From NCBI GenBank assembly GCA_002104905.1, contig MCFE01000377.1, positions 20,299 through 84,298 of the forward strand: DNA of 64,000 nt. The letters run 5' to 3'. The translations under genes were made by a program, and so were the position numbers. The stretch comes from Basidiobolus meristosporus CBS 931.73. Its lineage: Eukaryota; Fungi; Basidiobolomycota. Below are positions 24,901 to 36,984 of this stretch, piece by piece (positions within the stretch are counted from its first letter, which is position 1; the number at the start of each line of letters is the position of its first letter). Below the pieces are notes generated by a model. The model worked only from the letters and a program-made list of their open reading frames with translations. It did no database searches and was not told the DNA's origin.

Positions 24901-27900
24901 TTAGGTTGGGTGCAACAAGCAACTAATTTTTATCAGGAAAACTCTACCAAGGTATGCCGGATTTCTCATGGTCACAAGCCAACTTCTACACCATTCAATA
25001 CATGACTTACCCAAACAAGACCCAGAGTGCACCCATAAGGAGGACTAGAATCCAGCAGGGAGAAGGAATATATTAGCCAACTACCAAAAGGTTCTTTGCA
25101 GATATTCATGTGGTATTTACGGCAAAAGTGGTGGCAACCAAGCATATAATTGCAAGATGTATAAGTAATCAGCAATTCAAGGTATATGGCAACTTTGCAA
25201 ATATCACACTGAAAAGCCATAGGGTTGAAGTGATAGAGATGTGTTAATTGAAGCAGGTGTGTATACACATGAAGGCTTGTAAGCAGGAGCCATAATTCTT
25301 TTTGATTCAAACTATATGTGGAATACCTATGGTAGTAGTGGGTAAGCAAATAAAAAGGGGTGATTCAACAGTGGAATATATGAATGGCACAAGGGGAAAT
25401 AGAAAAAGGGATATGCCATTTTGTAAGTTGGTATGGTAACATTTTATAGGAATAACTGAGGCAGCTATACTTCCATGATAATGCCAGCAGATGTCTGCAA
25501 CAAGGCCATCAAAACACAGTCAACTTTTTTGCCATATAATGTAATTGCATGTTTTGGCAAGTTATGTCCACTCATACAAATGAATACTGTATTAAGTCCA
25601 TCAAAAGATCATTCATGTGCTGTCAAGCTTATTACTCTACTTGGAAGTAAAACCAGCAAAATGCTGTCACAATCCTGCCATAAGATTGTGTAGAGGATCA
25701 ATAACTCCAAGCTGCCAGCATTAGGATGGCCTCATTACAGTATCCTGATGGCCAATCCAAATCAGATTCACTCACAGGACCAAATTGTTTTTCATGGGGG
25801 TGAGAGTTCTGATGATATTGGAAGTGATTGGGCAGCTTTGTAGATGATGTGATTCTGACTTAGGACTTATTGACTATGGAGGAGTATTCATACCTCTAAA
25901 TGGTCCTGGCCAAGCAAAAGTGGAATTTATGCTTAGGAAGGTCTCAAGAACATGGGTGCAAGTTTTGGGGCCGCTTTAACAACTTATCAACTTCTCATAT
26001 TCTGAGTACCTGATATTTTGGTGAAAATATTTCAAGTCAATCCCAATAAGGAATTTTGGCCAGGATTCTCTAAGATTTGTATACTATACCTAAAGTGACT
26101 AATTTAAGTGAATATTTAGGTGTAGCTACAAATTTACAACACTACCTGCTACTGTACAATGAATTATAACAAAAAATCTGAAGGAAAACACCTGCTGAAG
26201 GCCAGCAAAATACTGTTAGAATACCAGCAGAATATCAGCAGATTATCAGATGAATCCCAAGTACAAGATTTTTCATAGGGTATTGGAGCACTGGTGTATT
26301 CAGTAGATTGGGAGTGGAAAAAAGAGGCAACAGCCAATTAATGAGACAATCAAGACCTCGGCCCTTGCCTGCCTTTCTAGATTTGGCATTTCAAACAACA
26401 ACACAAGAAGCAAACCCATTGACCAGTGAGAAATGCACCCACTTTGGAGTCTGATTTAACAAGCTTACTGATCGAGTGTTGGTTGAGAATCACCAGTAGC
26501 GAGGCCAGCCGTATCTTCAATGTCAAACAATCCTGGGGGTTGACTTGGGTATGTCCTTATGGTGGGATTCACGGCAAACAGATTCACCAATCGACGTGGT
26601 GGCTCATGAAGAAACCCTGAAGAATGGGGAATATTACGCGAAATCCAGCATTTGCGCCTGGGACAACCGTGGAAGTGTCAGAATTGCTGGCGAACTGGGT
26701 GTCAACCAGATATAAATGAAATGGGAGATGGGCTCACTATTCAGATGTCTACCACGGTATAGTGGTCACTCAATCGGGACACGTGCCCTGGAACAGAATT
26801 CATTTGATTGCATTGGATATACCAACTGTAGGGGGCCAACTCAATGCTACCAAAAAGCAATTCGGATGCATATGTGGGACGAAGAACAGTTGGCAACCAG
26901 ATCCACAATGACCAGCCGGCCTTGATCAGAATTGAGATGTTGGATCTTGTAGGAGGATTTTGAGATTCGATGTGCCACAGGGAGAAAGGTCAGAAATGGG
27001 GCTCGTCATGTAGTGCAGAGCAAGTCACAAGATCCTGTGGCGAAGGAGCCCCCATTAAAACTAGGAATTGGCCCAATGATTTCCTTTTCGATGGTAAGTT
27101 ACTCAGTGTCCCCTTATTCCAATGGAGGCCAATCGCCAAAGCAAGAGTGCTATGCAGCCAGCGGTGCACGGTAGCCAGCAAAGTCGACAATACGAAATCA
27201 TGCAGCAGGGTAATGACCGGTTAAAGTGAGGGGACTGCTTCGCGCCATAACATCAGCACCAAGAGGCAATGGAGCCTAATGATTGCAAATGTCCACCCTT
27301 AATGCAGTATGGCTGGGGCCAATCTCCGATCCGATTTTGAGTTGAGCTTAAGCTTTCTAGAAGTCCAATTTGACAAAGGTTGTTGAGTACACTTAATTGC
27401 TGGCCAATCCAACTGTGGATACAGGAGTAATTTGCCCATTGCCAAGTATAGGTGAGGTTGATGGCATCAAGGAAGATTTCGGATTCCTCTTCGACGAATT
27501 AACTAGGGGAATGTACGAAATTGGCCGATAGGGTCACACAAACCCCTCACCATTGTCATCATGGTGCTCCCCACATGGCATCCAATGTTCACTAATCAAG
27601 GATCACAGCCATAGCCATTGCACGAACGGAAGCAGATATCACGTTTTAACTCAAGATGACACCCTCCAGCATGGATTTGGTCGAAGGGTAAACTTGACTA
27701 AACCACAACACTAAATTTAGAATTATTTGATTTTCCGACGATCATTACTCCTGTGCTACTTTCATACCCGACACACCTGTCAGTTGAATCCAGCAGTGAA
27801 GTCATTCCACACTCGACCGGCGACCTCGTGTACTTGGAATAGGCGCCCGAATGGACTAGGGTTGCTTGTAGACGGCGAGGAGAGCCCTTTCCCGTGCTCG

Positions 27901-28304
27901 AGAGAAGCGGTGGCATACGTATATCGTCGACCATTATACAACCTGACTAGGAGCGATTCTGCATGCACCATCCCAAACCCACTCACATCCTAGAGTTTCC
28001 GAAGAAGTGATCATTCAATTACTAACCGCAGCCATCCCCGCCCGCTCCGTTCCGATGGTCCAAGAATAGGAATAGCGTGAATATGAGATGCGCAACGGAT
28101 TCGGAAGGAATAAACAAAACTGATCAAGAGGTACGTTTCCAAGATTTCAATCAAAGCGAAATTTACATGTCGGCCCTTCCGATTGTTCCCGGCCCACATG
28201 GATTCACCAAGCCAGAGACTTTCCAACCTCTATATATACAATGATGTGGCCACCCAGCACAACAGAAAACAACAACGGCAATAGCAACTACCAATTCATT
28301 CATC

Positions 28305-29676
28305 ATGAACGCGCTGAGAACTTCTCAACTTCTGGCTTCCAAGTCGATGGCTGGTGTTTCAACCTCCTTACTGGCCTCCACCCAGCTACGCTGCTCGATG
28401 GCCCGTGCAACACCAGTGTTGGCACGCCAACTACATCTCCAGCCTTACAAGGATGAGAAGAAATCCGTCGTGAATCCTGAACTCTACAAAATCCCCGAGG
28501 AGCTTCTAAACGATGTCCACCCCAAGGCCATTCGCAACGCCTTTATTTCCCGGCAACTTTCCTCGGAGGAACTCGAGAAGTGGGACATTGGGTTGACCAA
28601 GCATCGCGAGCCCATCACATTTGGCGACAAGGTGGCCCTGACCGTGGTCAAGTCCTTGCGTATTCCCGCCGATCTCTTCTTCCGAAAGAAGTACATGCAT
28701 CGCGCAGTGGTACGTATCCAGATCGTCGAGCCCCGAGGTAATCTCGTGTACTAATCCCAAATCCCCCTTTGGGCAGGCCCTCGAAACGGTTGCTGCAGTG
28801 CCTGGAATGGTTGGAGGTAAGGAAACTCACCAGATTGGATATGTGGATTGAGTATTGATGCGATTTCCACCAGCGGTCATTCGCCACCTCAGAAGTCTCC
28901 GCAAGATGAAGCATGATGGAGGTAACTATATGCGCAAACGGATTCATCTGGAACCCACCGATACTAATTCGTCCCTTCCAGGCTGGATCACCCATCTTTT
29001 ACACGAGGCAGAGAACGAAAGGTAAATCCCGAGCAGTATGGACTGATTGGTTCTACAGTGTCTCACCCGTCTTGCTCCACAGAATGCATCTGCTTACTTG
29101 GATGAAGGTCTGCCAACCCACGCTTCTTGAGAGAATGCTTGTAACAGCGGTCCAGGTAATATTGACTACGGCAAATGGCAGCGCGGGCGATCATTGACTA
29201 ACCCAACGCGTAGGGTGTATTCTTCAACTGTTTCTTCCTGTTCTATCTGTGCACACCCAAGACCGCCCATAGGTAAGTGGCTTATCAGGATGTGGCTGGC
29301 GCATCCGGATTGCTCATGGCATTTGCTGTTACGTAGGATCGTTGGCTATCTCGAAGAAGAGGCCGTCATCTCGTACACGGGCTTCTTGAAGGAGATTGAC
29401 GAGGGACGAATCGAGAACAAGCCAGCGCCCCAGATCGCCATCGACTACTGGAACCTACAAAAATCCGCCACTATCAGGGATGTCGTACTCGCCGTTCGTG
29501 CTGACGAGGCTCTTCACCGCGACACTAACCATCATTTCTCCGACCGAATCTCCCTACGACAGGAGGATCTCCGCACCGAGATCAGTCGCACCAAGCTGCT
29601 TCATGCTCAGCAGGCTGCTGAGAAGAGCAAGCCGGAGGAAGTCCACGACAACGAGCATGCTGGCAAATGGGCCTAA
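28305..29676 (+). CDS. AOX: Alternative oxidase, mitochondrial (7 exons)
   Basis: Exons joined at GT-AG give [33 protein letters not shown] and [12 protein letters not shown] (di-iron motifs), with a presequence-like N-terminus. Confidence 0.97.
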
Positions 29677-30230
29677 CCTCCCGATCACCTCTATATCTGT
29701 ATACACCCGCTATTTATCATCAGTTGTACTAAATAAACATATATTATCCACTGACCAACCATCCAATTTATTACGGGACTCCTTCGCAATTGGCCATGAT
29801 GTGCATTTCAGGACCATTTCCTGACCAGCCTACGGATCGGTTAGTCCCATACAAAATTCCGATCTGACGCTAGGTTTCTTCATCGCTGACTTGGAAGTGG
29901 GTTCAGTTTGGGTAAACCATATCATGCACTATCATACCTTCGTCAGCTGGTTCAGATTGTACCTTTTATGAGCCCTTTCGATGGTCGTTCCAATTGGCTG
30001 CCGAGGACTACAAATGGGCCGATTAAGCCCCTTTGCAGCTGAATATTTACCTCGACTGTCCAAATCAGTATTTTCTCACTTACGGAGTGACCATTCATCA
30101 GTAGCAACCCCTCCCCACCCTACGCATAGTATTTGGCTGCCTGACAAGCCTCTCTAGCACACGTCCTAGTTTTCCCGTATAGCGCTCCCCTACCTGCCAA
30201 GCCCCCAGCTTTCACTTCCCACTGGCCAAC

Positions 30231-31506
30231 ATGGATTTTGGCACCTCTAATCCTTGTACCCCTAGTTCTTGCGAGCCAGGTAACTCTAACAACAGTCCTA
30301 GTATCACCTCACGTTCACAGCCTTCCTACAACAATCTCCAATGCGAACGCAACCAGCAGCACTGCCAACGGCTCAAGTTCACGCAGCAACCTGTTCGCCA
30401 ACCACATGTTTCGCCTTGAAGCCGAATTCCTCCACCGCTGCTCCACCCAAACCAAAACCGTCTATCCCAGTCAGCAATTCCTATCTAATCGAGTTCACGA
30501 AACGAAAGAACTGGTCACATCGCATCATCGACCAGCTACCGGACTTCTATTATGTTATCAACCCGGCCGGGTGTTTTATGTACTGCTCACCCTCCTCGAT
30601 GGCGCTGGTAGGGTACTCCCCCACCGAGCTGATAGGGAGGAATATCGTGGACTTCATCCATGTGGATGACGTGGATATCTTCATACGGGATATCAAACAG
30701 TCGTTGGAGGAGCACCAGTTCAAACTCTTCTACCGTTTCCGAAAGAAGGATGATAGGTTCGTAATGTTAGAAGCCCAAGGGCACGCGTATAGAAAAGGGA
30801 ATCCCGAGGCGAAGTGTTTCTTCAGCATCGCCCGACCTTACCCGTTGAAAGCCACCTCGAACATGGACAAACTGCTCGAGCTGAAGCTGGAGAACGAGAT
30901 CCTACGACAAAGACTGGCCCGCCTGCGCGGCGGGTACTACGACGACTCGGCTAGCCCCCAGTCTAGTGTGAATCAAGACCTCGACGAAACCCTTCTGGAG
31001 GAGAGCACGTACAACGATGAGGACTTGCGTAATTCATTAGACCTTCGAGGCGGACGGGTGGACCGTGGGGCCTCTAGCTCCACTTCCACGTCGAACTCGA
31101 ACTCAACCTCATGCATTTACCCAATACCCAACAAGGAGGAGACCCCAACCCAGTCGCAAACACAATCGAATAGTGCGCTTGGGGCGAACAAAAAAAAGGT
31201 AGCACGCTTTTTAGACAGTAGGAAGAGGTGTGACTCGCTGGAAACTAAACATCTGTTCTCTTCATTCAAGCGAAAGCACAAGATCGAGGACGACGTGGAT
31301 CGCGTCTGTACAGAATGTGGGAAAACCGACTCTCCCTGAATGGCGTAAGGGTCCGCACGGGCCCAAGACGTAAGTGCATCTGTTGATGAGCCGTTGGTTT
31401 GATTCCAGAGAACTGACCGAATCTAGTCTGTGTAATGCCTGCGGGTTGAGATGGGCCAAAAAATCCCGGCGAGAATCCAAAACGGAAGGGGCCGCCAGCG
31501 AATCAT
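30231..31506 (+). CDS. wc-2: White collar-2-like PAS + GATA transcription factor (apparent +1 frameshift in the zinc finger)
   Basis: LIEFTKRKNWSHRII precedes a PAS domain. The finger reads CTECGKTDSP[+1]EWRKGPHGPK|TLCNACGLRWAK across an intron. A 41-nt intron (30280-30320) places ATG 30231 in frame. Confidence 0.88.
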
Positions 31507-32028
31507 AGTGGCCATGGATCCCTCGCCAACGCAGGCGATCGTTACTAGGGATCATCTTCTATCTATACCTTTCTATCTCTTTCTTATCTTGACATTGATG
31601 TCGTCACACCGTCACCGTTTCCGTTACCGCTTTCATATCCCCACGACTCTTCAGCATGTTCTTATTATTCCTGCATTGTGCTGCTTGGCACCCAGCCCTA
31701 GCGATATGTAAGTAGCAGTTGGCCTCCCACTTAGTAGGTAGAGAGTAATCCCCCTCCCAGAGCGATCCGGAGAAGAGGGGATCAGCTCTACAGCAAATGC
31801 GACCACATGTAGATAATCAACTTAATACACACTGAAAATACACCCCATCACCCCGAATGAAAAGAAAGAGTTAACGCATCTAACGAAACGAGGTGTGTGT
31901 CTACGAATAAAACAAATGATGCCTGACTCGCGATTTATTTCATTCCAGAGGATTTTTTGATAGAAACGAATGGATTACGATTATTGTGGGTATGGATAAG
32001 ATGTATGGTTGAGGCAGGCTTGGATGGG

Positions 32029-35000
32029 CTATCTTGACTGCTGAGAGGAGCCACTACTGGAAGTCTCATCATTTCCCGACCTTGGATTCGTCCCTAGGTT
32101 TACCGAGGAGAGCCTGGCAAGCTGGCTTGGGGTGTGATAGCCTAGTTTATCTATGGATGTACCAGAGACGTTGATCCCTTGCACCTGGTTGATGGCCAGA
32201 TTGGTCTTCCGGCGCTTGTTACGTTCGAATTCGGACCATTTCTTCATGGTGATCTGGGTCGAGTCGAATTCCCCTTCCTTCTCGCCATGGCCTCCGGCCC
32301 CTTGCTTCTCCCCCTCGACCTGCCTTGTCTGACCCCAGCTGAAGTCGTCGAAATGCCAGAACGCGTACACCGGGAGGATGAAGTTCCAAACGAGCAATGA
32401 GAGCAAGTAGATCAGCATCCAGCCAACATAGATCACCTTCCGCGTGGTCATCAGGATCAGTATGGCCGGTAAGCCCAAAATCACGGCCAGGAGGATCAGA
32501 GGGATAATCGGTGCGGGGGTCATGAGGAATGAGGCAATGACCAGATAAAGGGTAAAGCAGATGGCAGCCGGGAGAACCACCGTTCCCAAAAGCTCTAGGA
32601 AGACCACGAATTGCATCGAGAAGCAAAAGGTCCCACACAGGTCTCGGATCAGGACCAGCTCCAGAAGGTTGTGTACAGTTGAGTTGATCCAGCGTCGCCG
32701 TTGAGACAACAAGATGCCGAAGGTGTCGGGCACCACCGTCTTGCACACCGCTTGAGGCACGAAGATCATCTTTCTTTTCGGGAAGGTCCGGAGCATCAGC
32801 GTGGTGAGGAACCGATCTTCTCCCAGCAGCAGGAGGTTTTTCTTGTGCAGAGTGTCGACCACATTCTCCGAGTAATGCTCCACGATATCCGGGCTGGCCA
32901 GCACAGGCACCCAGAGTCCGGTCGACCCCTTAGGCGCCTTGATCCTGTACATGCAGAAGCATCCGGGTAGACAGGTGACGCCACCGAATACAGACTCGAA
33001 CGCTTTGCTCAGATGGTGGGAGATGTAGTATTCAAACACCTGGATCATAGTCACCCAGGAATCGCGTTTGTTGGCAATCTTGGTCTCCCCACACAAGCCC
33101 ATGATTTGCGGATCTCGAACCATGCAGGACACCATTCGAGTGACCGAGTCTGGATATACCTTGGTATCAGCATCCACCATCAGTACGATCTCAAAGTTGT
33201 CAGGACTCACTCCGGTCACGCCCCAGATCGCGTTGAACAGCTCGTACTCCATCTCGGTCATCCGCTCATCGAACATAACGTGCTGTAGGAAGGACATCAA
33301 AATGATCTGACTGTCGCGCTTTCCACGGTTCCCAGGCTTGGGGAGATTCGCCTCTTCCGGGGTGCCGCACTTCGAGATGAGGATCATCGGAACCCTGGGC
33401 TGCCTCTCGGTAGGCACGGTACTGTCGTCGAACTTGTAATACCCTGCGTAGATCTTGGACATATTGTGACGCTTAGTGCCGTCAGCGATAGCAATGTATG
33501 ACATCGGCTGAACCAGTTCCGGGGCAATGACGAAGTCCTTCATCATGGAGAGGCAGATATCCGGGGTGGATAGGTCATTTCCAAAGCCAGTGATGACTCC
33601 ATCAGCGATGACCAGAATCAGTTTGTGCGAAGATGGATAATCAGTCAGGGTGAGTGAGTCGAGGGTGGTGCGTAGCCCTTGCTCCCCTTCGGAATAGCAA
33701 GTGACCAGCATGATCGTGTGGGCCAAGGGGAAATTGAATGGCTGGAACGTAACTGGTGGTGGGGTTGGAGGGACATGTACCGGGGAGGTTGCAGCCAACG
33801 AACTGTTGGACGTCCGACGTGAGAGAGTCAGGTTCAGCGGCTCTGGCGTGCCCGCTGCCCTTCGGGTTCCTGTTGTCGCCGGAGACGTTGGCTGACTGTC
33901 TGAACCAGGCCCGCAGAAAGGATCAAGGTGTTCCTCTTTGAGCTAGGCTCCTGGACAGGGACAGGAATGGGAATGGAGTATCTGCTTGTGTTGGGAAGGA
34001 ACGCCCCGCTGTTCCTTACAGATTGGGAATTCGATCGAACAGCGGAGAATGCAATGTGACTGGGATTATCACTCCACAATTCAATGGCCTCCAGTCTTTT
34101 CATACGCTCTTCGTACGTTTCCTGCCGGAAGGTTCCTAACCGCCAGCTCAGCACCCACCCAAAGAAGACGGCAAGGAAAAACTTGGTGAGAACCACACCC
34201 AGGATGACGACGAGCGAAACGTAAAGGATGATGTTGGAGATGATGCACCCCATGGAGTTCGTGTCCAATGTCCCCACCTTGAGGATCTCCATTGCACACC
34301 TGGCTTCAGCCTTGTGATAGTTGTTGAAGAGGAATGTCACATCGGTGCCTCGGTGCGGGGAGTTTGCACTACGCAGTGTTTCGAATACCGGTGGGACCTC
34401 AATGCCAGGAACTAGAGAATTCAAGATATCGAAATCAAGTATATTCCTAAACACACACGAAACTTGTGTCAATTCACACATTCAGGTAATGTCCAGAATA
34501 CATTTCGACTTACCCATTGTATACGGCCAGGTTGCGGTTCTTTCTCAGGACGTCATTCCAATTATAATAAACATCCCCCAGGACATTCAAGCGCACCAGG
34601 GCATCCCTCGACACCTTAGAGACGTGGCAGCCAGTTTGATTGGTGTTGTCGTTGGTGTGTGGGTAATAGGTGGCGTTGCGAACGACGCAGGGGAAATAGT
34701 TGTACACGTTCCCAGCAGAATCCGCCCCATTAGTGACCCTTAAGACGTTTTTACAGTTCCCATTGATTTGCTGAAACAAGTAGGACATATCCATGGCTCC
34801 GGCTAGAGAAACAACACTCCCCCCTTGGGTCAGTATTGCATTAACGGTGGGGTGGTTGAACCCTGATATCTTATAAGCCCTTCCGTTGACGATAGAATAG
34901 TCTATACCGATGGTCCCCTGTTTGACACGCAGGGAAACGCCCCCTCCGCAGAGGACTTGCTGCAATCCAAATGTAAGAAAGCCCACAAACAGGCAGAGAA

Positions 35001-36045
35001 ATAGGATCAGAGTGCATAGCGCCATTTTCTCTCTCCAAGCCTGCCTCACTTCTGGCGTACGCATCCCTAAAGAGTACAGCAGATGAGAAAACGTCAGGTG
35101 GATTTCCTAGTGAGCTACAAACCACAGCAAGAGAGTACGGGTCGAGGAGCATAGAACGTAACCACTCTGGAGAAAATCGCCCAGCAGCTTGGGCAGCTCC
35201 GTTTTTGCGAGGTCAATACCTGGACTGGTTTGGCACCAGTGTTCTTCAAGACTCTCAGGATACTGTCACTACGGCCAATGGGATCATGGCGATGGACGGA
35301 GTTTCCTTTTTGCAGCCCCTCTGCTTCGTCTTTGTGACGCGGATACCTTCGCTGAGTTGGGCGGCGCTCGGGTCTTATCAATGACTTCTGTCTCCTTGGG
35401 TGATCAGAACCGTCCGCCCCTTGTGACGCTGCTCCTAGATGGGTATTTCTTCGTAACAGGTTCCGGGACCCAAGTGACTTGGTGGAAGACCTTGAGGGGA
35501 TGTTATCCCTGGTAAAGGACTCCCGCAACGGAGATATATTTCCTACAAGAACCGATTAGCTGGATTGACTGATGGACCATCTGGATCACAAGCGAACCTG
35601 CTGAAGAACGACTACGGGAAGGCCGATTGTCTAGCCCATCATTGGTTTGTCGGAGGGCCAGAGGCTTGTATGAGGATCTTGGTGAAGCGATTTGCACGGT
35701 TTGTCGGCGTTCAAGACTGGTGATCGGTCGATCATTTCTGGATATGCTTGGCTCAGGGGAGACTGGTCTTTTTAAGACCTTAAGAGATTTGCGGGCTAAG
35801 GGAAAGCATACTTAGTACATGGTTAAGGTATTCGCTGGCACTAAGCGCCTACCCTCAACATTGGCCAAATCCCGCTTGTAGGTGGATGGATTTCTGGACA
35901 GGGGTCTAGATTCTGCCGGGCTTCTTCCGACGATGGTCACTGAGCGCCGTGGTTGCGCAGAGGAGGGGCTCCGACTGAGTGAAGGGCTAGGGGGATTCTC
36001 CTTTGATGTTGAACTATCGCTTGATTTAGAGAGATTTTCGTTCAT
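32029..36045 (-). CDS. chs: Chitin synthase, class IV (Chs3-like), multi-exon
   Basis: [45 protein letters not shown] and QRRRWINST motifs are present. Four introns reconcile the N-terminal frames; one unexplained frame change remains near 33830-33920. Confidence 0.95.
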
Positions 36046-36984
36046 TGTTCCCACACTTCAATCTAAAGCAGTAATGGAGTAAAGCGAAAGTTGGCAAAGA
36101 AGTCTATGCAAAAACAAGCATCACAGGGCAAAGCGACAATAGCCAGTATTAGGAGATGTTCGAGAGAGAAAAGACCGGTAGAGACCGGTAGATCAACGCC
36201 TGCGTGGTTAATATATTTTTTGAGAAACGTTTTTAATCTACTGTTCATGTGCATCAAATGTAGGATTGATGTCCACAACGACTATAGACTATACGCTCAT
36301 CCATTCTTACTGCACCTCTCCCGTTATTGGAAATGAAGCGATCCCGATTTTTCGAGAAAGCGAAGCTACCCCTTAATTGACTGGCGGTGGTTTCTACGAA
36401 CAATCTCTCCTTGGTTATGTAACTCCTGTATTGGACTCAGCTCTATGTTTCGAGTCCAACTTGAGCGAATGAAGATGACCCGTCATACACATATGATATC
36501 ATCCGCCTGAAATCTACGGATTGTTCTAAGCAACAAATCATGCGGCGTTTTTGATAACGCACCATGCAGATCAACTTTCGTGCAGACGTAGAAGGCCCAG
36601 TTCTGCGGATACCCCAGAACCTCCACCATTTACGAGAAGGGAGAGTTTGGCCACCGTTTTCCAGCAAACGTATTTGAAGATTTGCGATAAGGGTTAACTG
36701 ACACATGGCTTTGTTCCTACCTTTTCTCCTTTATCGTAAACTCCAGGAGTCAAATCGATCGGAACGACCTGATCCCATCAGAAATGCCGACAAGGCCGTT
36801 GGCTAAAATACCAACACATGTATGTGGCACTCCTTGGCTGGAGCTAGGGAGTAGCGCTGCTTCTATCCCGTCGGGCCTATGCCAAATATATGCTTGACAG
36901 CGTTTGCCTCTTTTTTCAATCGAAATTTATTCTTTTCCACAAGCGCAGGGTTTCTATGGAGTGTGGTACCTGAGTGGATCTACC

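Larger units (their letters stand above)
20968..26280 (+). mobile_element. CACTA/EnSpm (CMC) DNA transposon, decayed, ~5.3 kb
   Basis: Candidate TIRs CC(A)TATGAAAAA at 20968 and TTTTTCATAGGG at 26280; flanks TAA and TAT (imperfect TSD). Contains a Transposase_21-like gene (+) and ORF2 remnants (-). Boundaries are inferred. Confidence 0.7.

Noticed and set aside
1-26300. Classical Neurospora-type RIP (CpA>TpA)
   Set aside because: CA and TG dinucleotides are abundant; the depleted dinucleotide is CpG.
27698-28226. Short overlapping ORFs upstream of AOX
   Set aside because: No motifs or consistent exon structure; likely promoter or intergenic DNA.
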